From NCBI GenBank assembly GCA_013387215.1, contig WARW01000003.1:10227-74226 (forward strand): a stretch of DNA of 64,000 nt. The letters are read 5' to 3'. Both the position numbers and the translations under genes were made by a program. Shown piece after piece: positions 18,401-26,654 of this stretch. Below the pieces are notes generated by a model that saw nothing but the letters and a program-made list of their open reading frames with translations, had not been told where the DNA came from and did no database searches. This DNA comes from Patescibacteria group bacterium (GTDB lineage Bacteria > Patescibacteriota > Microgenomatia > UBA12405). Every line of letters begins with the position of its first letter. Within the stretch, counting starts at the first letter, position 1.

Positions 18401-18582
18401 TTGGCTGAACTAGGACTGTATACAACTCTGGCTTTTTCAGTGGCAAAATTAACATTAACCTCATTAACACCATTAACTTTTTTTAAAGACCGCTCGATAA
18501 GACCAGCGCAGCTGCTACAATGCATGCCAGTAATATCCAAATTTACGGCAATATTTTTTGTAGATGGGTTTTGATTTTCCAT
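15490..18582 (-). CDS. copA: Copper-translocating P1B-type ATPase with an unusual roughly 270-aa C-terminal extension
   Basis: N-terminal HMA domain (GMHCSSCAG), CPC motif in a TM helix ([11 protein letters not shown]), DKTGTLT phosphorylation site and [10 protein letters not shown] hinge. About 270 extra residues follow the last TM helices. Confidence 0.85.
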   Translation of the reverse strand: MENQNPSTKNIAVNLDITGMHCSSCAGLIERSLKKVNGVNEVNVNFATEKARVVYSPSSAKIDDLIKSIEAAGYKASLPNEKTENQHEKRKQEIKYWFSKFFTGLILSIPMILFMVYDFTNTVPFKSIVMPYAGLISLLLATPVLFYVGSNFFAGFWSALKMRTFSMDSLVAIGTSTAYFYSIFEFFNYFSETGSFIGLNGSKIPNLYFEVAAFLITFVSLGKWLEAKAKGKTSEAIEKLMGLAPKTARILKNGQPVDIPVEQVMVGDTVVVRPGERIPVDGEVVSGYSAVDESILTGESLPVEKQIGSKVYTASINKTGSFEFKTTKIGADTALSQIVKLIEDAQGSKAPIQGFADKISSIFVPAVISIAVLTFVIWYFLLGSSLTFALLAFVAVIVIACPCALGLATPTSIMVGTGKGAEYGVLIKGGEPLEMAQNLEAIVFDKTGTLTKGKPEVTDFINYLPGDQTILSILYSIEQKSEHPLAESIVRYSQSCGAINYAIEDFQAIPGSGVKAVVNGQTYYVGNRKLLEANQIPLTSSYDMERLENDGKTAMLIANKEKVLGLIAVADQLKETSVAVVSKLKKMGIAVYMITGDNHRTADAIAKQLGITNVLAEVLPQNKAEEVKKLQDSGFKVAMVGDGINDAPALTQSDLGIAMGSGADIAMESGSIVIISNDLNGVLTAIDLSRQTVGKIRQNMFFALFYNILGIPIAARALMGIGLILKPELAGLAMALSSVSVVANSLTLKFFKPGKFNWISKLAPFVMISFFLLIFIEFASFSSKMGADAQSNSGLVAYIQSRPSIKTEINELLKNNPSKIGFVKNNPKLILGVDNLPSSLKLSAGNFDLSGENNVILGSKEASMMIEEGLIKGVGSEIPNFFGLPKIKIVGILAPTGTLIDEYHIFNQKSFANLTAKSDILVTETALGDLKLIYLYDQTNIPQQLLSIIDPLKTNYEVAGTKYLSTYVGYDEARMMIKEKLFQKKFDTINNFFGSNIIITGLPKKNLTSLDMMHFVPRQFADNYYKFNQK

Positions 18583-18584
18583 AT

Positions 18585-18803
18585 TTATAGAAGCTGGGCT
18601 GTATAGCCAGAATTTTTTATAATTTTTATTAAATCTTCTGAATTAAGTTTGTCAGAATCAAATTCAACAGTAACTAGTTTTGTTTCTAAATTAGCATCAA
18701 CAGAAATAACACCATTAGTATCTTCTAAGTCCATTTGAATTAATTTTGGACAGGAAGGACAATGCATGTCGGAAACTTTAAATGTATTTTTTTGATTAGT
18801 CAT
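18585..18803 (-). CDS. copZ: Copper chaperone, HMA domain (CopZ-like)
   Basis: 72 aa with an [10 protein letters not shown] metal-binding motif. Confidence 0.75.
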   Translation of the reverse strand: MTNQKNTFKVSDMHCPSCPKLIQMDLEDTNGVISVDANLETKLVTVEFDSDKLNSEDLIKIIKNSGYTAQLL

Positions 18804-18811
18804 GTTGGTTT

Positions 18812-19249
18812 TTAATTAATAACTTCAAAAGTACCCGTGTACATGCCCATGGTGCAACTGAAACGATAGGTTCCAGGTGCAACTGGAGTAAATTCTTTTG
18901 TAACTTGAGAGTTAGGGATAAGATCAATTCGGTCTGAGAAAAGCCCGTGAGAAACAATACTTCCAGCGCAGCCAGCATTGCCAGATGAAGTAATTTGCCA
19001 AACCACTGGTATGTTGGCTTTAATTTTAAAATTGTTTGGAGAATAACCAGCAGCCGAAGCAGTCATCTTAACAATTTGTTTACCATCTACAACTTGAACT
19101 AAGTCAGGGCCAGAAGCTGCATTGGAAACAGAGGGGTGTTTTTGGCTAAATATGAAAAAACCAAAAACAACGATTAAAACTATCGAACCTAAAACATAAA
19201 ATAGATTAGAAATATTTTTCATAGTTTTTATTAATGATGACAACCACAA
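18812..19249 (-). CDS. Secreted cupredoxin-like domain protein
   Basis: N-terminal TM/signal segment. Its C-terminal domain is paralogous to the C-terminal domain of the 19231..20694 protein (GTYRFSCTMGMYTGTFEV vs GIYRFSCWMGMVTGTFEV). Confidence 0.5.
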   Translation of the reverse strand: MWLSSLIKTMKNISNLFYVLGSIVLIVVFGFFIFSQKHPSVSNAASGPDLVQVVDGKQIVKMTASAAGYSPNNFKIKANIPVVWQITSSGNAGCAGSIVSHGLFSDRIDLIPNSQVTKEFTPVAPGTYRFSCTMGMYTGTFEVIN

Positions 19250-20694
19250 CCTTTTGCACCAGATTCAATAATAGTTGGGGCTGCTCCAACAGAGTTGATA
19301 TTGCCTGATTTATCAAGCACTTCAAAAGTGCCCGTAACCATGCCCATCCAACAACTAAACCGATAAATTCCAGGAGTGTTGACAGTAAATTCTTTAACAC
19401 TGGTGGTTCCTGGAACTAAATCAATTTGACCGGAAAATAGTTGGCGGGAGATGATGGCATTAGTGCAACCACTAGTGCCCGTATCCTCTATTTCCCATTT
19501 AACAGGTATTCCAGCGCGAACTTTAAGTTTATTTGGAGCATATCCAGCAGATGAAGCTTTAATATGGATGATTTGCTTACCATCAATAATTGGAGGTAAG
19601 TCAGTGGCAATATTTTGAGATATGGTTTTAGGGGAAGTTAGAGATTCCAGATTAGAAACGCCTAAAACTGCCAATTGGGCATTTATATTAAAAAAGGCGA
19701 AGAATAAAACCAGAATTCCGGCAATTATAGAAAACTGCTGAGAAAATTTTGGATTAGAAAAAAGTTTAATACTGGTTAAGCCAATTGTGAGCAGGCCTGG
19801 TAGGGTGCCAATAGCAAATAAGCCCATGATTAAGGCACCTTGTATTGGATTACCAGAAGCTAATGCCAGTGCTTGGACTGTAATAGTAAAACCGCAAGGC
19901 AAGAAAAAGGTTAAAGCTCCCATAATTACCGGAGCAAATTTGCCAGTAAAATTAGACTCGTCTGAAAATCGGCGGGTTAAAGATTTGGGTAATTGAAGAC
20001 GAAATTTTTGCAGAGCTTTTATGCCAAGCATTTGTAAACCCAGAAGAATCATTAAGACAGATACAGCGATCACTAGGCTGGCTGAAAAAAGCGGCGTCAA
20101 TCTGAAGAAATTACCAATTTGGCCCAGAATGGCGCCAAAAGCAAGATAAGATAAAACCCGACCAGTATTAAACAAAAAGTGCGGTTGTAGTTTTTTGACG
20201 GTGGAATCGGAATTTGAATAAAGATTGTTCCATTGTTGAGACAAAGATAAAATAATACCGCCAACAAGAGCCGCGCAACTGGAAAAACCAGCGAGCAGAC
20301 CGAAAAGGAAAAACACAGGTAGAGAACTTTGTGCATTAACTGATATTAAAGAGGAAAATCCAGATTTACCTAATAAAATAAAAACTAAAATAAATAAAAG
20401 GCTAAAAAATAATGAAGAAAAAACATTGAGACGTTTTTTTTCTATTGGGCAAGAAACAGCTTTGGTGTTTTGTTTAGAAAATGGCTTGAGTGAAAACCGA
20501 TAGTTATCTTTTAAAAAGATATCGTTTAAATCTTTTAAAGATATTTTTATATTTCTTTTTGTTTCAAGAGATAAAGTTGACTTAGCTAAGGAAACCTCGG
20601 CTTTAACAACTCCTTGCTGCTTTAAAAGTTTCTTTTCGATTAGAATTTCACAAGAAGGACAATGCAGGCCAGAAATATAAAATAATTGTTTCAT
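19231..20694 (-). CDS. Fusion protein: HMA domain + DsbD/CcdA/MerT-like transmembrane domain + C-terminal cupredoxin-like domain + GCGCHH tail
   Basis: GLHCPSCEIL HMA motif. Multi-TM core with Cys residues in TM helices (SSCAALVGG, FLPCGFTIT). Cupredoxin-like domain. C-terminal Cys/His cluster. Start set at Met35 of the track ORF (MKQLFYISGLHCPSC). Confidence 0.55.
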   Translation of the reverse strand: MKQLFYISGLHCPSCEILIEKKLLKQQGVVKAEVSLAKSTLSLETKRNIKISLKDLNDIFLKDNYRFSLKPFSKQNTKAVSCPIEKKRLNVFSSLFFSLLFILVFILLGKSGFSSLISVNAQSSLPVFFLFGLLAGFSSCAALVGGIILSLSQQWNNLYSNSDSTVKKLQPHFLFNTGRVLSYLAFGAILGQIGNFFRLTPLFSASLVIAVSVLMILLGLQMLGIKALQKFRLQLPKSLTRRFSDESNFTGKFAPVIMGALTFFLPCGFTITVQALALASGNPIQGALIMGLFAIGTLPGLLTIGLTSIKLFSNPKFSQQFSIIAGILVLFFAFFNINAQLAVLGVSNLESLTSPKTISQNIATDLPPIIDGKQIIHIKASSAGYAPNKLKVRAGIPVKWEIEDTGTSGCTNAIISRQLFSGQIDLVPGTTSVKEFTVNTPGIYRFSCWMGMVTGTFEVLDKSGNINSVGAAPTIIESGAKGCGCHH

Positions 20695-20708
20695 ACTACG
20701 TAGTGTAG
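20695..20708. promoter_or_regulatory. Candidate operator, core ACTACGTAGTGTAG, directly 5' of the start codon of the HMA/cupredoxin gene
   Basis: A near-identical 14-nt core recurs at 21987..22000. It lies in the 23-nt gap between the BlaR1-like stop and the next start. Confidence 0.4.
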
Positions 20709-20717
20709 TAGATGTTT

Positions 20718-21626
20718 TCATTCTTTGCAATGGTCTGATAAAGAGATGTTTTGGTGAGAGAATAAAACTTCGACACATTTGACCAAATGGTTGCATTGAT
20801 AGAAAATTGTAGATTTACCAATAAAGGTAGTAGTAAACAAAATGAGAACCAATAAAAATGAATTTAGGGTAAAGAAGTTTTTGAAATTAGGCTTCTTTTT
20901 ATCAACTAAAACCGAAACGCGTTCATGAAATTCAGAAAAATTATTGAGATAAAAATTATTTCTTGTGTCAGGTTCTTCTATTTTTAACAGAGCAGAAACC
21001 AATGGTGTTTTTGATTTCAATTGAGTTTGGGCATAATTATCACAATTTATTTCTACCAATGCAGAATAATTTTTGAATATCCAGACTTTCTTTGGGAAAG
21101 AAGGTAAAAAGTGGTTGATTAAATCAACAATAAAATCTTTTAAAGGGTCAAAATTAAATTGATGTTTTTGTTCATGAAAAATAATCGCTTCCAATTCTTT
21201 TGGATTAACGGTTTTAATTAATTTTTCCGATATATAGATTTGAGGATTTAAAAAACCTGAAGTAAAGGCAATGACTTCTTTAATTTTGATCAAGTTATAC
21301 TGATTTTGTCTTTTTGATTTAAGGTTGTTTAAAAATTTTTTAGTTAAAAATATTTTATTAAAAGAATAATCGAGAGATTTAAAGAAGCGAAGTAAAAGAA
21401 TAAATAATATTATTCCGGATAAAACATTTATATAAAATGTCGAAGAAATAATTAAGGGAATTAAATTTTGATGATTATTTTTTAGGGCATCTATTAAAAA
21501 TATCAACTGCATCGAAAATCCAGAGAATATCTTTAAAAAGGCGAGTGATAAAAAGGATATGTAAAGAATTCCTAAAGTTAGGATGAATAAAAAAGCTAGA
21601 TTTCTTTGAAAACTGATTTTAGTCAT
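20718..21626 (-). CDS. BlaR1/MecR1-like M56 peptidase-domain signal transducer (antirepressor)
   Basis: 4 TM helices and an HEQKH (HExxH) zinc motif. Overlaps the repressor gene by 8 nt. Confidence 0.65.
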   Translation of the reverse strand: MTKISFQRNLAFLFILTLGILYISFLSLAFLKIFSGFSMQLIFLIDALKNNHQNLIPLIISSTFYINVLSGIILFILLLRFFKSLDYSFNKIFLTKKFLNNLKSKRQNQYNLIKIKEVIAFTSGFLNPQIYISEKLIKTVNPKELEAIIFHEQKHQFNFDPLKDFIVDLINHFLPSFPKKVWIFKNYSALVEINCDNYAQTQLKSKTPLVSALLKIEEPDTRNNFYLNNFSEFHERVSVLVDKKKPNFKNFFTLNSFLLVLILFTTTFIGKSTIFYQCNHLVKCVEVLFSHQNISLSDHCKE

Positions 21627-21984
21627 TATTTTTCAAATATTCTTTTAATAACTCAATATCATTTTTATTGTTTTTAATAGTATCGACAAATTGGGAAATA
21701 GCCAACTTACCATATGAACCGACCAAATTGCCGTAAATTCCAGACAGATTAGATTCGATAAACTGATCTTTATTTAAAATGGGAGTATAAAAATAAACTT
21801 TACCTTCTAGTTTTCTTTTGACTATTTTTTTATCTGACATTCGCTTGAGAACAGTCATAATTGTGGTGTAGGCCTGATCCCCTTTTAGACTCACTAGAAC
21901 TTCGGCAGGTTTTAAAGGACGGTTGGACTGCCAAAGGATATCCATTATCTTCTGTTCTAATTCACCAAGCATTTGGGTTTTCAT
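21619..21984 (-). CDS. BlaI/MecI/CopY-family winged-helix transcriptional repressor
   Basis: 121 aa with a penicillinase-repressor-type N-terminal HTH (QKIMDILWQSNRPLKPAEVLVSL...TIMTVLKRM). Confidence 0.75.
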   Translation of the reverse strand: MKTQMLGELEQKIMDILWQSNRPLKPAEVLVSLKGDQAYTTIMTVLKRMSDKKIVKRKLEGKVYFYTPILNKDQFIESNLSGIYGNLVGSYGKLAISQFVDTIKNNKNDIELLKEYLKNND

Positions 21985-21986
21985 AT

Positions 21987-22000
21987 ACTACTTAGTGTAG
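21987..22000. promoter_or_regulatory. Candidate operator, core ACTACTTAGTGTAG (palindromic CTAC-N5-GTAG), directly 5' of the repressor start codon
   Basis: Embedded in the 19-nt imperfect palindrome ATACTACTTAGTGTAGCAT. Second copy of the same 14-nt core as at 20695..20708. Confidence 0.4.
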
Positions 22001-22031
22001 CATATTTTTAAAACTCCATGTTTATCAGTGA

Positions 22032-23420
22032 TTATTGCTTACATTGACCATTGTAGACTGGTGAACAACCAAGTTGGCTGTCGGTTCGCTGGCCAGAAGT
22101 GTCGTCAATATGTTTACGAAGCACTTGTTCTAGCTCATACCCTTTTTGAGGAATGGTGGAGATTAAATTGTTTTGCTCTTTAGGATCGTCATTTAGGTTA
22201 TAAAGCTCTTTGTTGCCGTTTTCTAAAGTTAAAATAAATTTCCAGCCATCTGGAGTCTGATAGGACCTTTTAAATGTATAAAGTCGATAATCAGTTTCAC
22301 TAAATACACTGTGGGCGACAGATTTACCATCAAAAACCGGAGTAAGATCAGCACCTTTTGTCTGTTCAGGAACAGGGTTTTTTATTCCCAATAAATCAAG
22401 CGCAGTTGGAACTATATCGAGAGTGCTTACTAGTTCATTAATTCTTTGGCCTTTGGTTTGGCCTGGTTTGTGAATAGCAAACAAAACATCAACTAGTTCA
22501 CCATAAAGAGTGTGGCCATGATCAAAACGATTATGTTCGTAGAATTCAGTGCCATGATCACTCATAACGATAATAATTGTATTATCCAAAAGTTTCATGT
22601 TGTTGATCTGATCCATAAAGTTTTTGAATTCAGCATCGGTACGATTAATCTTTTCATCATAAATAGCCCGCCAAAAAGCCACATCTTCGGGTGATAGATT
22701 TAAACTTTTACCAGCTAAACCGTCTTCACGAAGTTGACCTTGTTCGGTTGGACTGCCAGTATATTTGCCGTTATATGGCTTTGAAACATAGCGATAATCA
22801 AAACCACCGGCTGGTGCATGCTGCCCGTGAACATCATAGCCATGAAGGAAAAGGAAAAACTGCTTGTTTTTATTCTGCTTTAACCAGTCAACTGCTCTTG
22901 GTATGCTGCCATCGAAACCACCGAAGGTGCCAGTGGGTTCATAATAAGTATCAAAACCTTGACTAAAACCAAACTGCGGCCCAACTCCAGCATCGCCAGT
23001 AAAACCGCCAGTAACAAAACCTTGTTTTTTAAGAATTTCAGCAAGGGTCATGGCATTCGGAGAAAGTTTTTTTAAATTAGAAATAGTTCCCTTTTGGGCT
23101 TTCATATCGTAATCACTAAATTTGTTGACAACTTTATGTTCGGATGGATACATAGAAGTAAAGACAGACATGTGGGTTGGCACTGTCCAAGATGACGGAC
23201 TGACAGTATTGGTAAATAAAGTTGACTTATCAATAAAAGAATCTAAATTGGGAGTCGTGTTCAAAGAATAGCCATATTCATGCAAATGCTTGGCCTGCAA
23301 GCCATCGATCGAAACAAGAATAAGATTATATTTTTTATGAAATAGTTTTGGAGAAATCTTTATTGCAGCAACGGTTAGTAAGCTTAGAACAATGACACCA
23401 ATAAGAAATTTAATTTTCAT
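22032..23420 (-). CDS. Membrane-anchored sulfatase-fold (alkaline-phosphatase superfamily) enzyme, divergent paralog
   Basis: N-terminal signal anchor. Motifs DGLQAKHL..YGYSLNTTPNLDSF, WTVPTH (Thr where sulfatases carry fGly-Cys/Ser) and SDHGTEF...HG. Confidence 0.65.
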   Translation of the reverse strand: MKIKFLIGVIVLSLLTVAAIKISPKLFHKKYNLILVSIDGLQAKHLHEYGYSLNTTPNLDSFIDKSTLFTNTVSPSSWTVPTHMSVFTSMYPSEHKVVNKFSDYDMKAQKGTISNLKKLSPNAMTLAEILKKQGFVTGGFTGDAGVGPQFGFSQGFDTYYEPTGTFGGFDGSIPRAVDWLKQNKNKQFFLFLHGYDVHGQHAPAGGFDYRYVSKPYNGKYTGSPTEQGQLREDGLAGKSLNLSPEDVAFWRAIYDEKINRTDAEFKNFMDQINNMKLLDNTIIIVMSDHGTEFYEHNRFDHGHTLYGELVDVLFAIHKPGQTKGQRINELVSTLDIVPTALDLLGIKNPVPEQTKGADLTPVFDGKSVAHSVFSETDYRLYTFKRSYQTPDGWKFILTLENGNKELYNLNDDPKEQNNLISTIPQKGYELEQVLRKHIDDTSGQRTDSQLGCSPVYNGQCKQ

Positions 23421-23493
23421 ATCAAGTAAATCAAATTATATAAATGATATAAGTGTTATATTAAATTTATCTTTTAAAAGCAATAGACCGTAA

Positions 23494-25023
23494 ATGCGAT
23501 TGGGTAAAAAAATATTTATATTTGGTTTGCTGGGATTGATGATAATTGGGAGCGGTTTTTTGATTATTAAAAAAGTATCAAAAAAAACCTGCGATAAATG
23601 CAACATAATGCTTATCGATGTTGATATTTTGAGAGCAGATGAACTTCCCTGCTATGGATATCCCCGAAACACAATGCCAAACATTTGTGAATTTGCCAAA
23701 AAATCAGTAAGTTTTAAAGATAATTATTCGACTTCATATTGGACACTACCAAGTATTTTTTCAGTAATTACTTCACTATATCCAACTTTTCATCAAATGC
23801 AGGTTAATTATATGTTTGCACTGTCGTCTAGAATTCCGACTTTAGCAGAAACTTTACATAAGCAAGGATATAAGACTGTTTATGTGGGACAAAAAGACGA
23901 TTTAATGTCTAGTTATAATGGCGGTTTCCGCGGTTATGATTTAGTAACTCAAGAACCAATTGAAAAAGTAATTGATGAACTTTCAAAAAGTTCTCAACCA
24001 TGGTTTATACATAGGTATATCAGTGAATTGCATATGCCCTATTTATTGCCAGATAATTTAAAACCTGTGGAAGATTTGCCGGTTCCAAAAAATTTACCAA
24101 CTACTTATTACACTTTCGATTTATTTTTTAATAAATATTTAAAAGAACATTACAAAGAAATATTTAAACAGAAAGCAATCGATGAATATAGAGCAATTAT
24201 TTTAGGACCAGATAAGGCAGATGATATTAGTGTGACCAATCTTTTTGATAAATTGAGAGCTGACGATAAAACCATAAATGAATATTTATTAGATGCCTGG
24301 AGACCGAGATTAGATTTTTATTTAAAATCGTTTGACGGAAAAAATCCCCAAGATGTGGCTTATTTAAGAATGATGTATGACACTAAACTAAAATATCTTG
24401 ATGAAAAACTAAAACCTCTTTTACAAAGACTAGACTCGAGTTCATTGTCAAAAAACACTATTACAGTGATTATGTCGGATCATGGTGAAGCATTTGGCGA
24501 GCACGGAACGTTTTCACATGAGGATAATCATTTCACTGAACTATTTTACACTCCTTTAATAATCAGGGCTCCTCAATTTGAAGCAAAACAAGTTGAACAA
24601 ACCACAAATATAGTGGATATATTTCCGACTATTTTAGATTTAACAGGTGAGAAAAAAATTGATATGCATCAAGGGCAATCATTAGTACCTTATATGAATG
24701 GCCAAACTAAAAACGATACTACATTCAGCTTGAGCCAATCAATAGAAGGAACGCTTTTACAAAATAAGAATTGGCTGTACTTTTTACCAAACAGCGCTAA
24801 AGATATGAATGAATCAGAACTCTATAATAAAACCATCGACCCCCTGGAAAAAGTGAATGTGACTGGACAGAATCAAGATTTAGTTAAAACACTTTTTAAA
24901 AAAGCTGATTTATTCCGCTCATACGGAGGGATTGATTATGAAAAAGAAGAAATACCGTTGCCAAACCGGATGAAGTTGGACCCAGATAAAATAGAACGCC
25001 TTAAAAAAGAAGGATATTTTTAA
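23494..25023 (+). CDS. Membrane-anchored sulfatase-fold enzyme, tandem paralog 1
   Basis: TM anchor, CDKC, LIDVDILRADELPCYGY, TSYWTLPS in place of CxPxR, SDHGEAFGEHG, and a C-terminal ...KEGYF. Confidence 0.7.
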   Translation: MRLGKKIFIFGLLGLMIIGSGFLIIKKVSKKTCDKCNIMLIDVDILRADELPCYGYPRNTMPNICEFAKKSVSFKDNYSTSYWTLPSIFSVITSLYPTFHQMQVNYMFALSSRIPTLAETLHKQGYKTVYVGQKDDLMSSYNGGFRGYDLVTQEPIEKVIDELSKSSQPWFIHRYISELHMPYLLPDNLKPVEDLPVPKNLPTTYYTFDLFFNKYLKEHYKEIFKQKAIDEYRAIILGPDKADDISVTNLFDKLRADDKTINEYLLDAWRPRLDFYLKSFDGKNPQDVAYLRMMYDTKLKYLDEKLKPLLQRLDSSSLSKNTITVIMSDHGEAFGEHGTFSHEDNHFTELFYTPLIIRAPQFEAKQVEQTTNIVDIFPTILDLTGEKKIDMHQGQSLVPYMNGQTKNDTTFSLSQSIEGTLLQNKNWLYFLPNSAKDMNESELYNKTIDPLEKVNVTGQNQDLVKTLFKKADLFRSYGGIDYEKEEIPLPNRMKLDPDKIERLKKEGYF

Positions 25024-25068
25024 TAGGTGGTATATTAAACTGATAATTAAAAGTAATAGGCTGTTTTA

Positions 25069-26613
25069 ATGCTCAAAAGAAAATATCAAAAAATTATAAT
25101 CGGAGCGGGATTTATTTTGTTGATTATATTTGGGCTAATAGGACTTTTTAAACGAACAAACAAATTGCCATTTAAAGCCTGTACCAACTGCAACATTATA
25201 TTAATTGATATTGATATTTTAAGAGCTGATGAATTGCCTTGCTACGGATATTCCCGAAATACCACCCCAAACATTTGTAATTTTGCGAAAAAGGGTATGA
25301 TTTTTAATGACAACTATTCTCCATCCTATTGGACTATGCCTAGTATGTTTTCCACAATAACGTCTCTTTATCCAACTTTCCACCGAATCCAAATGAATTA
25401 CACTGAAGCTTTGTCGCCTAAAATTCCAACCCTTGCAGAAACTTTACACAAACAAGGCTACCGAACAATCTATATTGGCCCGGAAGACGACATGTTAAAA
25501 CACAATAATGGCGGCTTACGCGGTTATGATTTAGTGACTCAAGAACCGATTGAAAAAGTGGTAAGCGAATTGTCGAAAAGTTCTCAACCATGGTTTGTGC
25601 ATTACTATAATAGTGATTTGCATGCCCCATATTTATTTAATGAAAAACCTCAATTGATTGATAATCTTCCCGCCCCTAAAAATTTTCCAATTACTTATTT
25701 AGATTTCAGTATTCTTCTAAATAAATATTTAAAAGAACATTACAAAGAAATATTCAAACAGAAAGCTATCGATGAATATAGAGCAATTATTTTAGGACCA
25801 GATAAAGCAGATGATATTAGTGTAACTACTCTTTTTAACAATATTAGAGGCGATAAGAAAATAATGAATGATTATTTATTTGATGCCTGGGTGCCAATAT
25901 TAAACACTTATCTTGGTTCTTTTGATAAAAATAATGCCGATAATGTGGCATATTTACGCATGATATATGATACTAAACTTAAGATAATAGACGATAAGTT
26001 GGGAGCGCTTTTTCAAGAGTTGGATTCAGAAGCACTATCTAAAAACACCATAACAGCAATTTCGTCAGACCACGGAGAAGCGTTTGGAGAACATGGAACT
26101 TTTTCACATGAGGTTAACCATTTCACTGAACTATATTACACACCTTTAATAATCAAGGCTCCACAATTTTCAGGAAAAATAATTAATGAAACCAGCAGCA
26201 ACATTGATATTTTCCCGACTTTTTTAGACTTAACCGGCAGCGAAAAAATTAATAATCAGCAAGGCAAATCACTAGTTTCTTATATGAATAATGAAAATAA
26301 AAGTTTAGAGGGCTTTAGTGTCAGTGAATGTTCGGAAGGAATATTGCTGCAAAATAAAAAATGGTTGTATTTTTTATCAAATGAGGTTTCAGAATTTAAT
26401 AAATCGGAACTTTACGACAGGAAAAATGATCCATTAGAAAAAAATAATGTGGTTGGAAAGAATCCAGAATTAGCTAGATCACTTTACCGACAGGCTGATT
26501 TGTTCCGATCCTATGGCAAAATTGAATATAAAAAAGAAGAGATACCAATTAGTGAGCAAATTAAGTTGGATCCAGAAAAGATCGAACGTCTTAAAAAAGA
26601 AGGCTATTTTTAA
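25069..26613 (+). CDS. Membrane-anchored sulfatase-fold enzyme, tandem paralog 2
   Basis: Same architecture. Has CTNC and ends in KEGYF. Confidence 0.7.
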   Translation: MLKRKYQKIIIGAGFILLIIFGLIGLFKRTNKLPFKACTNCNIILIDIDILRADELPCYGYSRNTTPNICNFAKKGMIFNDNYSPSYWTMPSMFSTITSLYPTFHRIQMNYTEALSPKIPTLAETLHKQGYRTIYIGPEDDMLKHNNGGLRGYDLVTQEPIEKVVSELSKSSQPWFVHYYNSDLHAPYLFNEKPQLIDNLPAPKNFPITYLDFSILLNKYLKEHYKEIFKQKAIDEYRAIILGPDKADDISVTTLFNNIRGDKKIMNDYLFDAWVPILNTYLGSFDKNNADNVAYLRMIYDTKLKIIDDKLGALFQELDSEALSKNTITAISSDHGEAFGEHGTFSHEVNHFTELYYTPLIIKAPQFSGKIINETSSNIDIFPTFLDLTGSEKINNQQGKSLVSYMNNENKSLEGFSVSECSEGILLQNKKWLYFLSNEVSEFNKSELYDRKNDPLEKNNVVGKNPELARSLYRQADLFRSYGKIEYKKEEIPISEQIKLDPEKIERLKKEGYF

Positions 26614-26654
26614 TTAGGTTAATATATAAATAATATATTGAATAAATAAATTAC

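Noticed and set aside
15944-18574. Several 60-100-aa ORFs on the plus strand inside the copA region (15944..16192, 16208..16468, 17231..17527, 17777..17962, 18377..18574)
   Set aside because: They are antisense to a long gene with unmistakable P-type ATPase motifs and are Pro/Ala/Gly-rich mirror translations. These are shadow ORFs.
19231-20796. Annotated 521-aa start of the HMA-fusion gene, with a 34-aa N-terminal extension overlapping the BlaR1-like gene
   Set aside because: The extension (MQPFGQMCRSFILSPKHLFIRPLQRMKTSTTLRS) is Arg/Pro-rich and out of character. The Met at 20694 starts directly at the HMA domain and sits right after the operator core and the upstream stop, so the shorter start was chosen.
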